In this document: piece after piece, positions 1-12,157 of the stretch
How the letters are laid out: each line of letters starts with the position of its first letter
Numbering within the stretch: position 1 is the stretch's first letter
Made by a program: the position numbers and the translations under genes
Notes under the pieces: generated by a model
What the model saw: the letters and a program-made list of their open reading frames with translations, nothing else
What the model was told of the DNA's origin: nothing
Database searches by the model: none
Assembly: GCF_036321535.1 (NCBI RefSeq)
Contig: NC_087437.1
Location: forward strand, 30,320,001-30,384,000
Source: Camelus dromedarius
Taxonomy: Eukaryota
Length of the DNA: 64,000 nucleotides
Direction: 5' to 3'

Positions 1-3000
1 AAATATGGGTCAAAGGTAAACATTGGGAAATCATGAGCAAACTGATGAGTGACAGTTAAGATGTTGGCAAAAGGCTTATTATAAATTATACAAACTAAAA
101 TTAATTGCCCTCTTATCTGAAAGTTCATTCTACAACTTGCTCAACAATGGTCAGGGAAAGTTTTCAGTCAGGGCAAATTAAAATAACTATGTCACAACTG
201 TCTTCACTGAATCAAATGAACTGCTTCTATTTGGTTATTATGGCATTCTCTTGAGCCTAAGTTTATGGTGTCCACAGTGGTTTCTGTAGGACCTGGTGAC
301 CGCCTATTTAGAATTCCTATTATAATCAAATCATCTAAGATGGATAATATGCACTATTTTAAAATGTTGTCTTAATATACTAAAAAATGGAAAAAGTAAA
401 AATAAATGCTTTTGAAATATGATTTAATATTTCCACTTTGGGTATACTCACAATAAAGTTGGTCATTTTCATAATTTCACAACTACTTTTTAAAAATTCA
501 TTTTTAAATAAATTTATAGAATTAATGAATTCTTTCATGAAGGAATTTCTTGGAAATGAACAAAAGCAAAAAGCCAGTTTTCAAGCCTATTAATTTGCCA
601 TCTTCTTCCCATTAGCAACCATTAAAAGTGCTTGTGCTGCTTTCTAGGCTGTTAGTCCCTGTTGTAGGCAGAACTGCATAGCACTAGCTCTATGCTGGTG
701 ACTCCACTGTCAGTATTTTTGCTCTCAGATTATAGATCCAAGTACTTATTGAATATCCTTGATTGACCATTTACTCAGGTGCCCAGGATCTGAATGTCAT
801 TCTTGAGTTCTCTCTTTCCCTTATCCCTCAATAAATTACCAAAGCTTCTTGGTTATTCCCACATGTTTTTGAATCTCTTTGTTTCTCTCCTTACTATCAC
901 CACCCTAAGCCAGATGATTATCATCAAGGGCCTGAAAAACAAAAAAAGACATTCCTGCTTCCACTCTTGTCATCCTCTATTCCATCATCCACACTGCAGC
1001 CAACAACATCTTTCTAAATGGCACATCTGACCACTCTGTTCCCTTACTTAAAAGTTTTAATTGCATCATATTGCCAAAACACCAACCCCTTTTCTGGCTA
1101 CCCAAAGCAGGATAATGTGTTCTTTCTGACGTCCCTTCTTAGAATCCATTGTGATTTGACTTTCTCTTTTCCTCTCTATAAGGAAAGAAACTATTTTTCT
1201 TGCTTATTATTGTATCCCAAATCTCTAGGGCATAAACTCAAGTAAATTTTTGTTAAGTTAATAAGAGACTGGATAAATAAATTGGGTTTTGCACAGCCAA
1301 TGCTTGGGGAATCAGGAGGTGATGTTTTGGTGTGGTAACTACAGTTAAAGTATGTTGTCATCAAGTGGATAACAATCCACTGAGTAACCAGGACCTATGG
1401 TTGTTAACTAAGAAAATGAATCATGACATAAACTCAGTGATTTATATATCAAAATATAGATAACAACTTTCTAAAAAATAGTTATAAAAATCACAAATAT
1501 TTTCACTGTTACCAATAAAATAGCAGAGTGTGACTGTAATCTTGAGTAGAACTAAGTCACTTTGGGTCTTCCTGAAATTTGTCCAACTCATGGATTACAG
1601 AATTCTTCATTAAAGAGAGCTTTAACTCTCTTACCAAAGAGCCTTGATTGGCAAAGTCTTTACTAGCACTTACTGTCCAGTTTCTCCCTAATTCTATTGT
1701 AAAGAGAAGCCACATTTTTACTCATGAGGCTGACAAGAGATCATAGCTATGTGATACATTCACTCACCAGCAACATTAATATTTGTAATTGTATGTCCTC
1801 TGGTAAGAGGATGGTTTATACCTATCTGGGTACATCTCTGCTTTAAAGAAAACTACTTTAAGTTTTTCCCCCCTACTTTCAAATTACTAGCTTAGCTGAG
1901 AGTCACATAAAATAATTTTAATGCTGTCTGTTTCCTCAGTAACCATCATTAGTAGGGTCATGTGCATTTCTTTGTTTTAATAGAAATCTTCTTTTAGGAC
2001 CGGGAAATACGTGTCCAAGCTACATCAGAGCATAATTTTGAAAACATATCAAAAGAATAAAAACCTTTTTTTAAGAACATGGATATAAAGCAATTTCTTC
2101 ATAAATAGTCATTTCAGAATCTCAGCTCTCAGTGAGGAAACTTTACATCCTCAAAAATGCAATATCAGTGTCACTTTAGATACAAATAAACTGAACCTCA
2201 AAAAAGACACCTGAATATACTCAATGAGCAACTGTAACCTCTGTTTCCTTAGAAATCCTACTACGGCCACCATGGCCATGTGGCACTCCCAGAAATAGAC
2301 TCACTTCATAGTGAGTCTTGACTCACTAAAATGTTGTCAGTCTAAATAGCACTATCAAGAAACAAATATCCAGTCCTTTTAAATGATTTCATACTTTTTT
2401 TAAAATCTTAAAAATATGGGTCTCATCCTCCAGAAAAAAAAAAAAGTGAATAGAAACAAAAACAAAAATCAGGCAAGGAAGAAAGAAACCCTAAACAAGC
2501 AAGCCATGGAGATGTTTCAGTTAATAAGGGGAGAACAAGGTCAAAGGAGAGAATGATTGGAGTCCTCTGTGTGGAGGAGGGGAGGCTGAAGAGGAGCCAG
2601 ACAGAGACTCTACAGGGAGGGGAAGAGGCAGAACCACAGGCTATTTCACGACAACAGGTGCTGCTTGCCAGGCCCACTGCTTTTGTTCTTTTTCTGCCTC
2701 TTTCCTGCTCTGCATTCTGCCCTCTGGTTTCTATTTAAATTAAGTTACTTCCCTTATTCACAGTTTTCATCCTGGACGTAACTATTTTTCCGTTACTGGT
2801 ATCTGTGTTGCTTCAGATGTGTGGTGCTTCCTCATGTCCTTGAAGCATTTCCTGAGGTGTGACTCCAACTGTTTGGATTCCAGGTGTCATCGGTGCCAGC
2901 CATTAATCAAACATGAACATCCTTGTCTCCCACAGAGGACTAGGCTGTTTGTTTATGGTTCTGTCTAGAAGGAGTCACTGTTATGAGGAGGAAGAGCTTT

Positions 3001-4979
3001 AATTGCTCCTCAAATGTGTAATCATACCTTCCACATTCCACAGGATAGAAAATTATTTCTAAATGAAAGAGAGTGATAAAACACAATCACAAGTTTATCT
3101 CTGTAAATCACCTGTAGAGAAGCACCATAGCACTAGCAAATCTCTTCAAAAGATTGCATGATTTACCTTAGAAATGTGACATGTTTTCAAAGCACTTCTA
3201 TTAACTTTCCATTTTCATAATAGGCTTCAGAGTTGCTTGGCAGTCTGTTTATAGTTTACGAACTTCTTGCTCTGCATACATCTGTGTGCCTGTTTCTTCT
3301 TCATACATCAGCAACTGATTTTTAAGAGTAAGCTTTCTTACTGTCACGTATGTAATAAAAAAGCTATGAAGGACATATTTGGACAACAGCTGCTCAGTCG
3401 TTTTATAGCAAGACCAAGATAGCCAGTGAATAATCAGGATAGAAACAGTTTTGCTTTGTTCATAATATTTCAAGTGACAGGTCTGCTGTTCTCAGTTGTC
3501 ATACTTACTAGAGCTAAGCATTTTCAGGATGAGAACCATCCCTGATCCATCTTGCTAACTTATGATATGCCTATTATAACTCAGGACTTTACATCTAATT
3601 GGTCAGTAATTAATGTGAATGAAAATATATTTTACCAGTAAAAGAATACAAAATTAATGAGACCCACTTCTCTTTCCATATTAAATACTTGCTTAATATT
3701 TGGCCCAAAGTAATTTTTCATAAATAGAGCAATTTGTAAATTGGGAAGAAATTAATATTGAAAGCATTAAGTAAAAAAAAAAAAAAAACTCCCTTAGAAG
3801 AGAGAACATGCAATTGATTTTTCTCCACTTGTTAAAAACACAACTCTTCACCAAAAGGTTTTTGAGATATGAGTACATTGGGTTTCCTTTGGAACACAAA
3901 AAAATAATAGAAACTTTCTGTTCAGGAGTTTTTAAAATGATATCAAGCAGTTCTTGTTCTCAAATGTGTATTGTGATTCATATTTGAATCTTCGCTCAGA
4001 TTACTTATCAATTGTTGATTGTTTATAGGTGGAAAAAAGTAAAACAAAAATAATAACCCACATACACAAATGATTGATAAGGCTCTCCAACACCAAATGG
4101 TTTGAAAAATTTAATGATAAATGTCTCTTATACTAACAGCAAAATCATAATTCTCTTACTATGAACAGTCTGCTAATGTAAATAAAAGACTGTCTTACTT
4201 AGAATTGAGAAGACTGAAACCTATATATGTGTGTGTGTGTATACACAAACACACACACATATATATGTATATAGTTTGTTTCAGAATCACCAAATTATTT
4301 ATCAGTATATCAGCACCACATTTGTGAGGAGGCAGAATTTCAGAAAAGCCAAGGTAGCAACTTAGAGTAGGTTAGTTTCTAATTGGTTAACTGTGTTCAG
4401 TTGATACATGATTTACAAGTAGTGCATCCCTTTTATTCACAAATATAAATGATTGAACATCATATCAAAATCTGTTCCAAATCAAGTTTTCTATTTTTTT
4501 AGGTCATATCTAGTGAATGTTTCGGCTGTACCAACTAATCATGGTGTTTCTGAAAGCATCTGTTGTTTCTTCCCTAGATGAAAAGACTTTATCCAATACC
4601 TAGAAAGAGAGGACTTTTTTTTGTGGTATCTGATTCTTATCACTGTCCAGCAGCATTCTGAATGTTGATTTGAAACATACTCGTGTCTGTTATCATCAGA
4701 ATGTAATTTTTAAATTGCTTTTGTTGCAAATTAATGTATATAGTAAGGTGGTGTAGGTATGAACATAACAATAAATTTCAAGTAAAGAGTAACTTGACTT
4801 TCACTGAAGATGATCATTTTACATTGTGATTTAACACTTTTACATCCCTGGAACTTATCCAGATAGAAATATTTTTAATAGTTTTTTTTTCATTTTTCAT
4901 GTTTCATATATTATTCTTATATTACTTATGATGAGGACAAAAATCAAAGTTTTTTAACCTTAAAATAACTGTATTTTTC

Positions 4980-5055
4980 TTTTAGAAAAAATTTAACCAA
5001 AGTATAATTGGTTTAAAATGTGTTAATTTCCAATGTACAGCATAGTGATTCAGTT

Positions 5056-5109
<54 letters not shown>

Positions 5110-6313
5110 GCATATTCCTTTTCATTCTCTTTTTCATTATAGGCTATTACAATGTGTTGAATATAGTTCCCTGTGTTATACAGTGGGTCCTTGCTGTTTA
5201 TCTATTTTATATATGGTAGTTAGTATCTGCAAATCCTGAACTCCCAGTTTATTCCTCTACCCTCCCCTTTCCCCCCTAGTAACCATAAGTTTGTTTTTAT
5301 ATCTGTGAGTCTGTTTTGTAAATAAGTTCACTTGTGTCTTTTTTTTTTTTTAGATTCCACATATAAGTGATATCATATGGTATTTTTCTTTCTCTGTCTG
5401 GCTTACTTCACTTAGTATGATAATCTCCAGGCCCATCCATGTTGCTACAAATAGCATTATTTTATTCTTTTTTATGGCTGAGTAGTATTCCATTGTATAA
5501 ATATACCTCATCTTCCTTATTGAATCTGTTGATGGACATTTAGGTTGCTTCCATGTCTTGGCTATTGTACATAGTGCTTCTATGAACATTGGGGTGCATG
5601 TATCTTTTCAAATCAGAGTTTCCTCTGGATATATGCCCAGGAGTGGGATTGCTGAATCATAGGGTAAGTCTATTTTTAGTTTTTTAATGAATCCCCATAC
5701 TGTTTTCCATTATGGCTGCACCAAACTACAGTCCCACGAACAGTGTAGGAGGGTTCCCTTTGCTCCACACCCTCTTCAGCATTTATCATTTGTGGGATTC
5801 TGAATGACGGCCATTCTGACTGATGTGAGGTGATACCTCATTGTAATTTTGATTTGCATTTCTCTAATAATTAGTGATACTGAGCATTTTTTCATGTGCC
5901 TATCATTCATATGTCTTCATTGGAGAAATGTCTTTTAGGTCTTCTGACCATTTTTGGATTGGGATGCTTGGTTTTTTTGTTGTTGTTATTGATTTGTATG
6001 AGCTGTTTGTATATTTTGGAAATTAATACCTTGTTAGTCACATCGTTTGCAAATATGTTTTCCCATTCCTTAGGTTGTCTTTTTTGTTGTTGTTCATAGT
6101 TTCCTTTGCTGTACAAAAGCTTGTAAGTTTAATTAGGTCCCAAATGTTTATTTTTGCTTTTATTTCTATTGCCTCAGTAGGCTGCCTTAGGAGAGCATTG
6201 CTAAGATCTGTGTCAGAGAATGTTTTGCTTATGTTTTCTTCTAGGAGATTTATGGTGTCTTATGTTTAAGTCTTTAAGCCATGTTGAGTTTATTTTTGTG
6301 TATAGTGTGAGGG
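4980..6313 (-). mobile_element. 5'-truncated LINE-1 (ORF2 C-terminus plus 3' UTR)
   Basis: Minus-strand peptides KRQPKEWENIFAND...RHFSNEDI and MFIEALCTIAKTWKQPKCPSTD...YHMISLICGI are L1 ORF2p C-terminal motifs. 18-bp TSD aaaataactgt(a/g)tttttc at 4962-4979 and 6314-6331. Confidence 0.95.
5055..5105. repeat. (TA)n microsatellite inside the L1 3' UTR
   Basis: About 20 perfect TA units. Confidence 0.95.
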
Positions 6314-6477
6314 AAAATAACTGTGTTTTTCCTCACACTATCTTGTGATGTCTTTAAGTTAAATCCCATTATATTTGAAAATTTTAAGGTTAGTCCATTT
6401 TAGTAAGAATTTTCTGATCTAGGGGAGCAAACTCATAAAGATCTACGTATGGTAGTTTCTCTATTCATGATCTGAAG

Positions 6478-6632
6478 CAGAAGTTGGCAAACTTTGTAAG
6501 ACCCATACACAAAAATAGTTTTTCCAGTTTAAAATGATCTTTTAAAAAATAATATTCAATCAAGGTCATGGCCCACAAAGTCTAAAATACTTACCATCTG
6601 GCTCTTCACAAAAAAATGTTTGCCAACACTTG
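6478..6632. mobile_element. MER58-like hAT-Charlie MITE
   Basis: Terminal inverted ends 'cagaagttggcaaac' ... 'gtttgccaacacttg' and internal 'ggcccacaaagtctaaaatacttaccatctggctcttcaca'. Confidence 0.75.
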
Positions 6633-8942
6633 ATCTGCTGGTAGCCTCTGCCCTTGGATAATAATAGAAGTATATCTACAAATTTGTCCTAGAGTCACAG
6701 TATCCTAATGTTAGGAAATATCTTAGGTGTAATTGACCCTTGCTCATCAGTCAGAAGCATCCTTCTCCACAAGCGGCCAGATTCTATTCTTGTCACTGGT
6801 TATGTTGCTTATACAATTGACAAGGTGAAAGCTTCAATACCTATACCATAAAGTATCATCGCTAAAATCTTCCAGTTCACCAAGACATAGACCTTATGTG
6901 TTACAGAGGAGGTTGGATAGTGAAAATAATATACATCACATAACACTTAATTGATTTTCAGGTGCTCAGACTGGACTATCCTATAGTGAATAGTCTTTGG
7001 ATGGAGTAGAAAGACTCCAGATGCACACCTCTTTTCCTCCACTTACTTATCCCATGCCCACAGCCAATTTTACTTATACTGACCTTTGAGCTCTTTCTTG
7101 ATAAACCTGGTTGTAGACTTTTCATCCTTCTTCACACACCTCTCCTGATGGCTAGTCACTATCAATTAATCACAGTTGTCTGTTAATGCATGAGAGCTCT
7201 TTGTCACATTGGTTCCTGAAATATTAAGTGGAGGGGAGAAAGGGGGGGACAGTTGAAAGGGGATCTCTCAGGCAGTTAGGATGGAGAAAGGGAAAGCCAG
7301 AGGTAAAGATATCCATGTAGGGTAAGAGAAGGGGAAAAAAGGAGACAGTAACTTTCAGTGAAATGAATTACACTCTCCTTTTTTGTATAAACTGGCAAAT
7401 ATTTCACTTGTGTTTTAAGAAAGTCCCCTACCTAGCAAATGGCTACGTGATTTTAAGTTTCTGAAAAGCAGAAAATGAATTAGAAAAAAGTTTAAAGACT
7501 GAAAAGATGAGGCTAGCAATAGAAAGGAGGGACAGAAATTACAGAGAGATCTGAGGGGGTGTATGTATGGATGTGTTTGTGCCCCAAGGATTAGCCTTAA
7601 TAAAAGAATAAGCTACAAGGCTCAGGAGAAAATGCTTCTAATACCCAGGGTGGATCTTTAAGGAGATAGAAATGCAGAGTGCTCAGCAGGATCAGAGAAA
7701 CATTAGGATGCAGAGAAGTCAGAATAGAGAATGAAAAGTACCCAAAGGTGTCAACTGCCTACACAGGGAAGGAAAGTATCATCAACCTTTGAGGGTGGGG
7801 CTCTTTTACAAAAGCTGAGTCCCTCCACCAGAAAATACTCAGTGATTATGCATAGATCAGATATGTAATAAGGAATAGATGGTTCACCCAGCGATTTTGT
7901 TAATTAGATATTTTAATTTAGAGCATTTATCATAATTTACAACAGGACTGAGAAGTGTCCTGCTTTAGAAATGACACATTTCAGGAGTCTGTCATATACC
8001 GAATGACCGTAGAGGTAGAAAGTGCGCTCAGTAACAATCTAGTCATGCCTCCTCGGTCACAGTTGAAATCCAAGCTCAAGGGGTTGAGCAAAACCTCAGC
8101 ATTTCCACCCAGCCCTGCTGACTCAATACCCTTTCATTTATATCCTGTGGCCACTGTCACTGAGATGTACAGAATCTTCCTACCCTGGAACCCTTGAGGC
8201 TAAGGAATAGCACTGCTGAGCATTCCTTGTGCAGTATGGAAATTCTGTTGTCAGTTCTCAACTAAGCCATCAGAACTTTTTGACTACTGCCTAAAATAAG
8301 TGAGTTTAGAAGCACTTTTAATTTCACATTTACTATATAATGAATGCTATGCTAGCTGCTGTAGGATGATATAAATCCATCATTGCTACACTTAGAAAAT
8401 GAAAGATATGGACAATAAATAAACGTAGTAAGAACATACATTGGTCACATAAGAGAGACACAGTGATAATCCAGTGAAAACTGTATCCTTTTAATAACTT
8501 TGAAATAGTCCCAACTGCTTCAAAAAAGCAACACATGTTATCATACAGGTCTAATGTGACATTTAAAAATTGATGTTAGGATTAGCAAGTCATGACATCA
8601 AAGAGCCAGTGATTGGCACCCAAATATAGATAACATCAGAAATTTGCATTATTGGCAAAGCTTTTCAAACATAGCAAACCAGTTTAAAACACACTACTAT
8701 GTGGCAAAGCAGGTTAGACAAATGATTACAATTATTTTTCAAAATGAAAATCAAGCATTAGTTAAATGTACATTTGCTTGAACTAAACTGAGAAATAAAA
8801 AAGACAAGTAAACTGAGAAAATAAGACTTCCATTTATAGTTCAGATGAAGAAAATTAGAGAGAACAAAGCCCAAGATGGCATCTTAAAATAAACATTGAT
8901 TGAAAGTTACCCTTATTTCTTGGGTGAGAAGAAATGCATATA

Positions 8943-9442
8943 CAGATGGTCTCCAACATACAATGATTCAACTTAAGATTTTTCAACTTTATAATGATTC
9001 AAAAGTGATAAGCATTCAGTAGAAAACATGAATTTTGAATTTTGATCATTTCCTGGACCAGCGATAAGCAGTAGAATACTCTCATGATGCTGGGCAGTGG
9101 CAACTAGATGCAGCTCCTGGTCAGCCACAGGGTCACGAGGGAAAGCAATCCATACACTTACAACCATTCTGTACCCATGCAACCATTCTGTTTCTCACTT
9201 TCAGTACAGTACTCAATAAACTACATGAGATATTCAACTCTTTATTATGAAAGAGGCTTTGTGTTAGATGCTTTTACCCAACTGCAGTCTATGTAAGTGT
9301 TCTATGAACATTTAAGGTAGGCTAGGCTAAGCTATGATGTTCCATGGGTTAGATGTATTAAATGCATGTTTGACTCTCTACATTTTTAACTTAACAATGG
9401 CTTTCTTGGGGCATAACCTCTTCATTAGTTGAGCAAGATCAG
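8943..9442. mobile_element. Tigger4/MER46-like TcMar DNA transposon derivative
   Basis: Flanked by TA at 8941-8942 and 9443-9444, with decayed TIRs and the internal string 'gtaggctaggctaagctatgatgttc...gtattaaatgcat'. Confidence 0.8.
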
Positions 9443-11019
9443 TATATAGTATTCTAGTAATATCATGAGAACAAGAAGTGCTGCAAATACTCCTAAGATG
9501 AGCATGGGGAATGGAAAATACAGAAAAGGTTGTGGCAGAGACTACTAGGTGCACTTTTTCCCTCTTAGGCACTCATCTATCCTATATTTTTTCTGCTTTT
9601 CTTATGGTTTCATGGAGATCATGTGCATTCTGAACAGCGAACTGTGGGCAAAACAATATATGACCTCTAGGCATGGCTACTACTAAAAGCAGCTTCCTAA
9701 GATTCTCTCTGCTCTTCTCCCTAGTAGATAATACAGTAGAGGACTCTCAGGCCCTATGGCAGGCACTGGTTCCTTCATTGAGAAAGTCTTCCTATGAATA
9801 ATACATCAACTGAACTAAACAGTGAGATAAGTAATGAGCTGGTTTATGTTCTCCCACAAGCTCCTTATTTTGTTACAGACAGACAGTAATTTGTAGACTG
9901 CTGCACCTTGAGTGGTACTGCCCCAAGGAGGCAAAAGAAAGTTGGATCTCTGAATCATTTCTTAGAGCACATCACCAGATCAATTGCAGCCATGTTGGAC
10001 TTGTTGCAGGAACAAGAAGAAAACTGTATTATTTGAGTTATTTCACTTAAGCCACAGCCTGTACTGAGTTTTTAAAATACTTAGGCAATCAGATTAGTGG
10101 TATTCTAAGTTACATATTTTCATGTATCTACAATGAGGTTTGATTTAACAGAGTAGTGCATCTGGAAAGGCTGTTAGTAGGTACAACAGGTAGAAGCAAT
10201 TAATGAGAGTTTACTTAATTTGATAGTTTGGATTCATTAGGTGTTTACTCCACCAAGTTTTCATTTTAATAACTGCCAAATAATTTTGGTATAGAAGTGA
10301 TGTGTAAACTACTCACATTGGTCCCTCTATCATAATGAAATAATGCCCTAAATTTAGACTTACCTGATTTAATTTTCTGATGATCTATCCCATCATTGCT
10401 CACCTACATCATCTCTATCTTCCCCTTTCATTCTTCACTATATAAATTCCTCTCCATTTTTGTTTTAGGATAAATCAAAGTAATTTCTCAGTCTGAAGTC
10501 GAGGTGAACTATCTGAAGAATGTCATCAATGAAATGTGCTGCAAGATGGACAGAACAACAGGTATCATGAGAAACTTTTTTATTGTGATTAAAACTCAAA
10601 GTTAACCCACAGACAAGTTAATTATTATGTTATTAGTAATCAGTAACATCACTCAAATTTCTAAGACACAGAGAATATTTCTTCTATAAACTATGCCTAA
10701 TATTATCTTTAAAATAAGACTGAAGTTGACTTTATTTTGTCTCAGTACATTTTTGGTTTATTTTAATGAGTGCTTGGGATATTTATCTTGTTTTATCTTC
10801 CATAATAATTTGAATTCTGTCATTTCTCAGAGCAGTCTAGGCTTTGAAATATTCTTGCCCCAAATCCTCACTCATTATGAATTTTCAGAAGATAGCAAGA
10901 CAAAGCAGCTTGTGCCCCTGGTGCCTCTTTGCAGGAATAAGAACTAAACCTTCGAGGAGGAATTAATCATCCTCACTGTCACCGGAGCTCTTTTAACTTC
11001 AACTGTAGTGTATTACGGA

Positions 11020-11160
11020 AGTGTTCTTCAAACTTAAGTGTGCTGAGCAATCACCTTAGGGTCTTATTAAAATGCAGATTCTGATTCAGTAGGTTTGGTG
11101 TGAGGCCTTAGATTCACCACTTACAAGATACTCCCCAGTGTATCACACTTTGAGAAACAG
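11020..11160. mobile_element. MER5-like hAT-Charlie fragment
   Basis: 'aaaatgcagattctgattcagtaggtttggtgtgaggcc...cacactttgagaa'. Confidence 0.7.
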
Positions 11161-11574
11161 GGAATTATAGCATTTACTGTATTGTGCTAAGATACTTTTG
11201 CTTGCATGAGTTTTATCCAATAGACTATAGTGCTTGGAGTGGTGTCGGTGCCCTCAAATGCTTAGTGAATAAATGAATAACTAAAACTTAACCTGACATA
11301 AAATTCATCATCCAGGCAGTACTCTCAGCTTTTCTCAACCTTCAAGGCTTCTAAGACTACTGCTAAATTTCCACTTGTGAGCAAAGATCATAATCCTAAA
11401 AATTCAGTCCCATGGTGTTTCCTCACTAACAAATCTACCACAGGAGAGTTGCTTTCAGGAAACAAGCATAAACAAAAAACAGTAGAATGTATTATCCAGA
11501 ACTTAAACTTGAAGGTATTTCAGAAATACTTGTTGAGCTTTTAAAAGTTCTGGGGTTGGTATTTGAAGTTGAAC

Positions 11575-12157
11575 TTTTTAATTCATTTTCCATTGCTTCA
11601 TAACAAATTGACACAAACATAGTGACTTAAGGCAATACCCATTTATTAGCTCACAGTTCTATAGGTCAGAAGTCTAAATATTGACATGTCTGGGTTTTCT
11701 GCTCAAAGCTCAAAAACTGAAATCAAGATCACCTGGGCTGATTTTCCTTCTGGAAACTCTGAGGAAGGATCTGCTTCCAAGTTCATCTGATTGTTCGCGA
11801 TAATAGAACTAAGGACCATGTCTCCTTGTTGGCTGTCAGCTGGCGACCACTCTAAGCTCCTACAGATCACCTGCATTCCTTGCCATGAGGTCCCCTCCAT
11901 TTTCAAGCCAGCAAATCCTTCCCAGTCTTCAAAACTCTGTCCTCTTCTATCTCTGACATCTAGACTCATATTTAAAGGGTTGATGTGATTCAGTCAGGGC
12001 CATCCAGACAATATTAAGGTCAGCCGATTTGGGACTTTATTTCCATCTGCAAAATCACTTCAAAAATACCGAGATTAGTGTTTGAGTAAATGGGAGAAGG
12101 ATTATGTATACCCGGGGCCAGGAATTTGGGGACCATCTGAGAATTCTGCCTACCACA
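11575..12157 (-). mobile_element. MaLR LTR (MLT1 family)
   Basis: 'cataacaaattgacacaaacatagtgacttaa...atttattagctcacagttctataggtcagaagtc' through 'attctgcctaccaca'. Confidence 0.85.

Noticed and set aside
1999..2062. Terminal-exon-like segment cttttag|GACCGG...GAATAA (DREIRVQATSEHNFENISKE*) with overlapping AATAAA
   Set aside because: Only 20 codons, no upstream partner exon, peptide not recognised. Compatible with chance.
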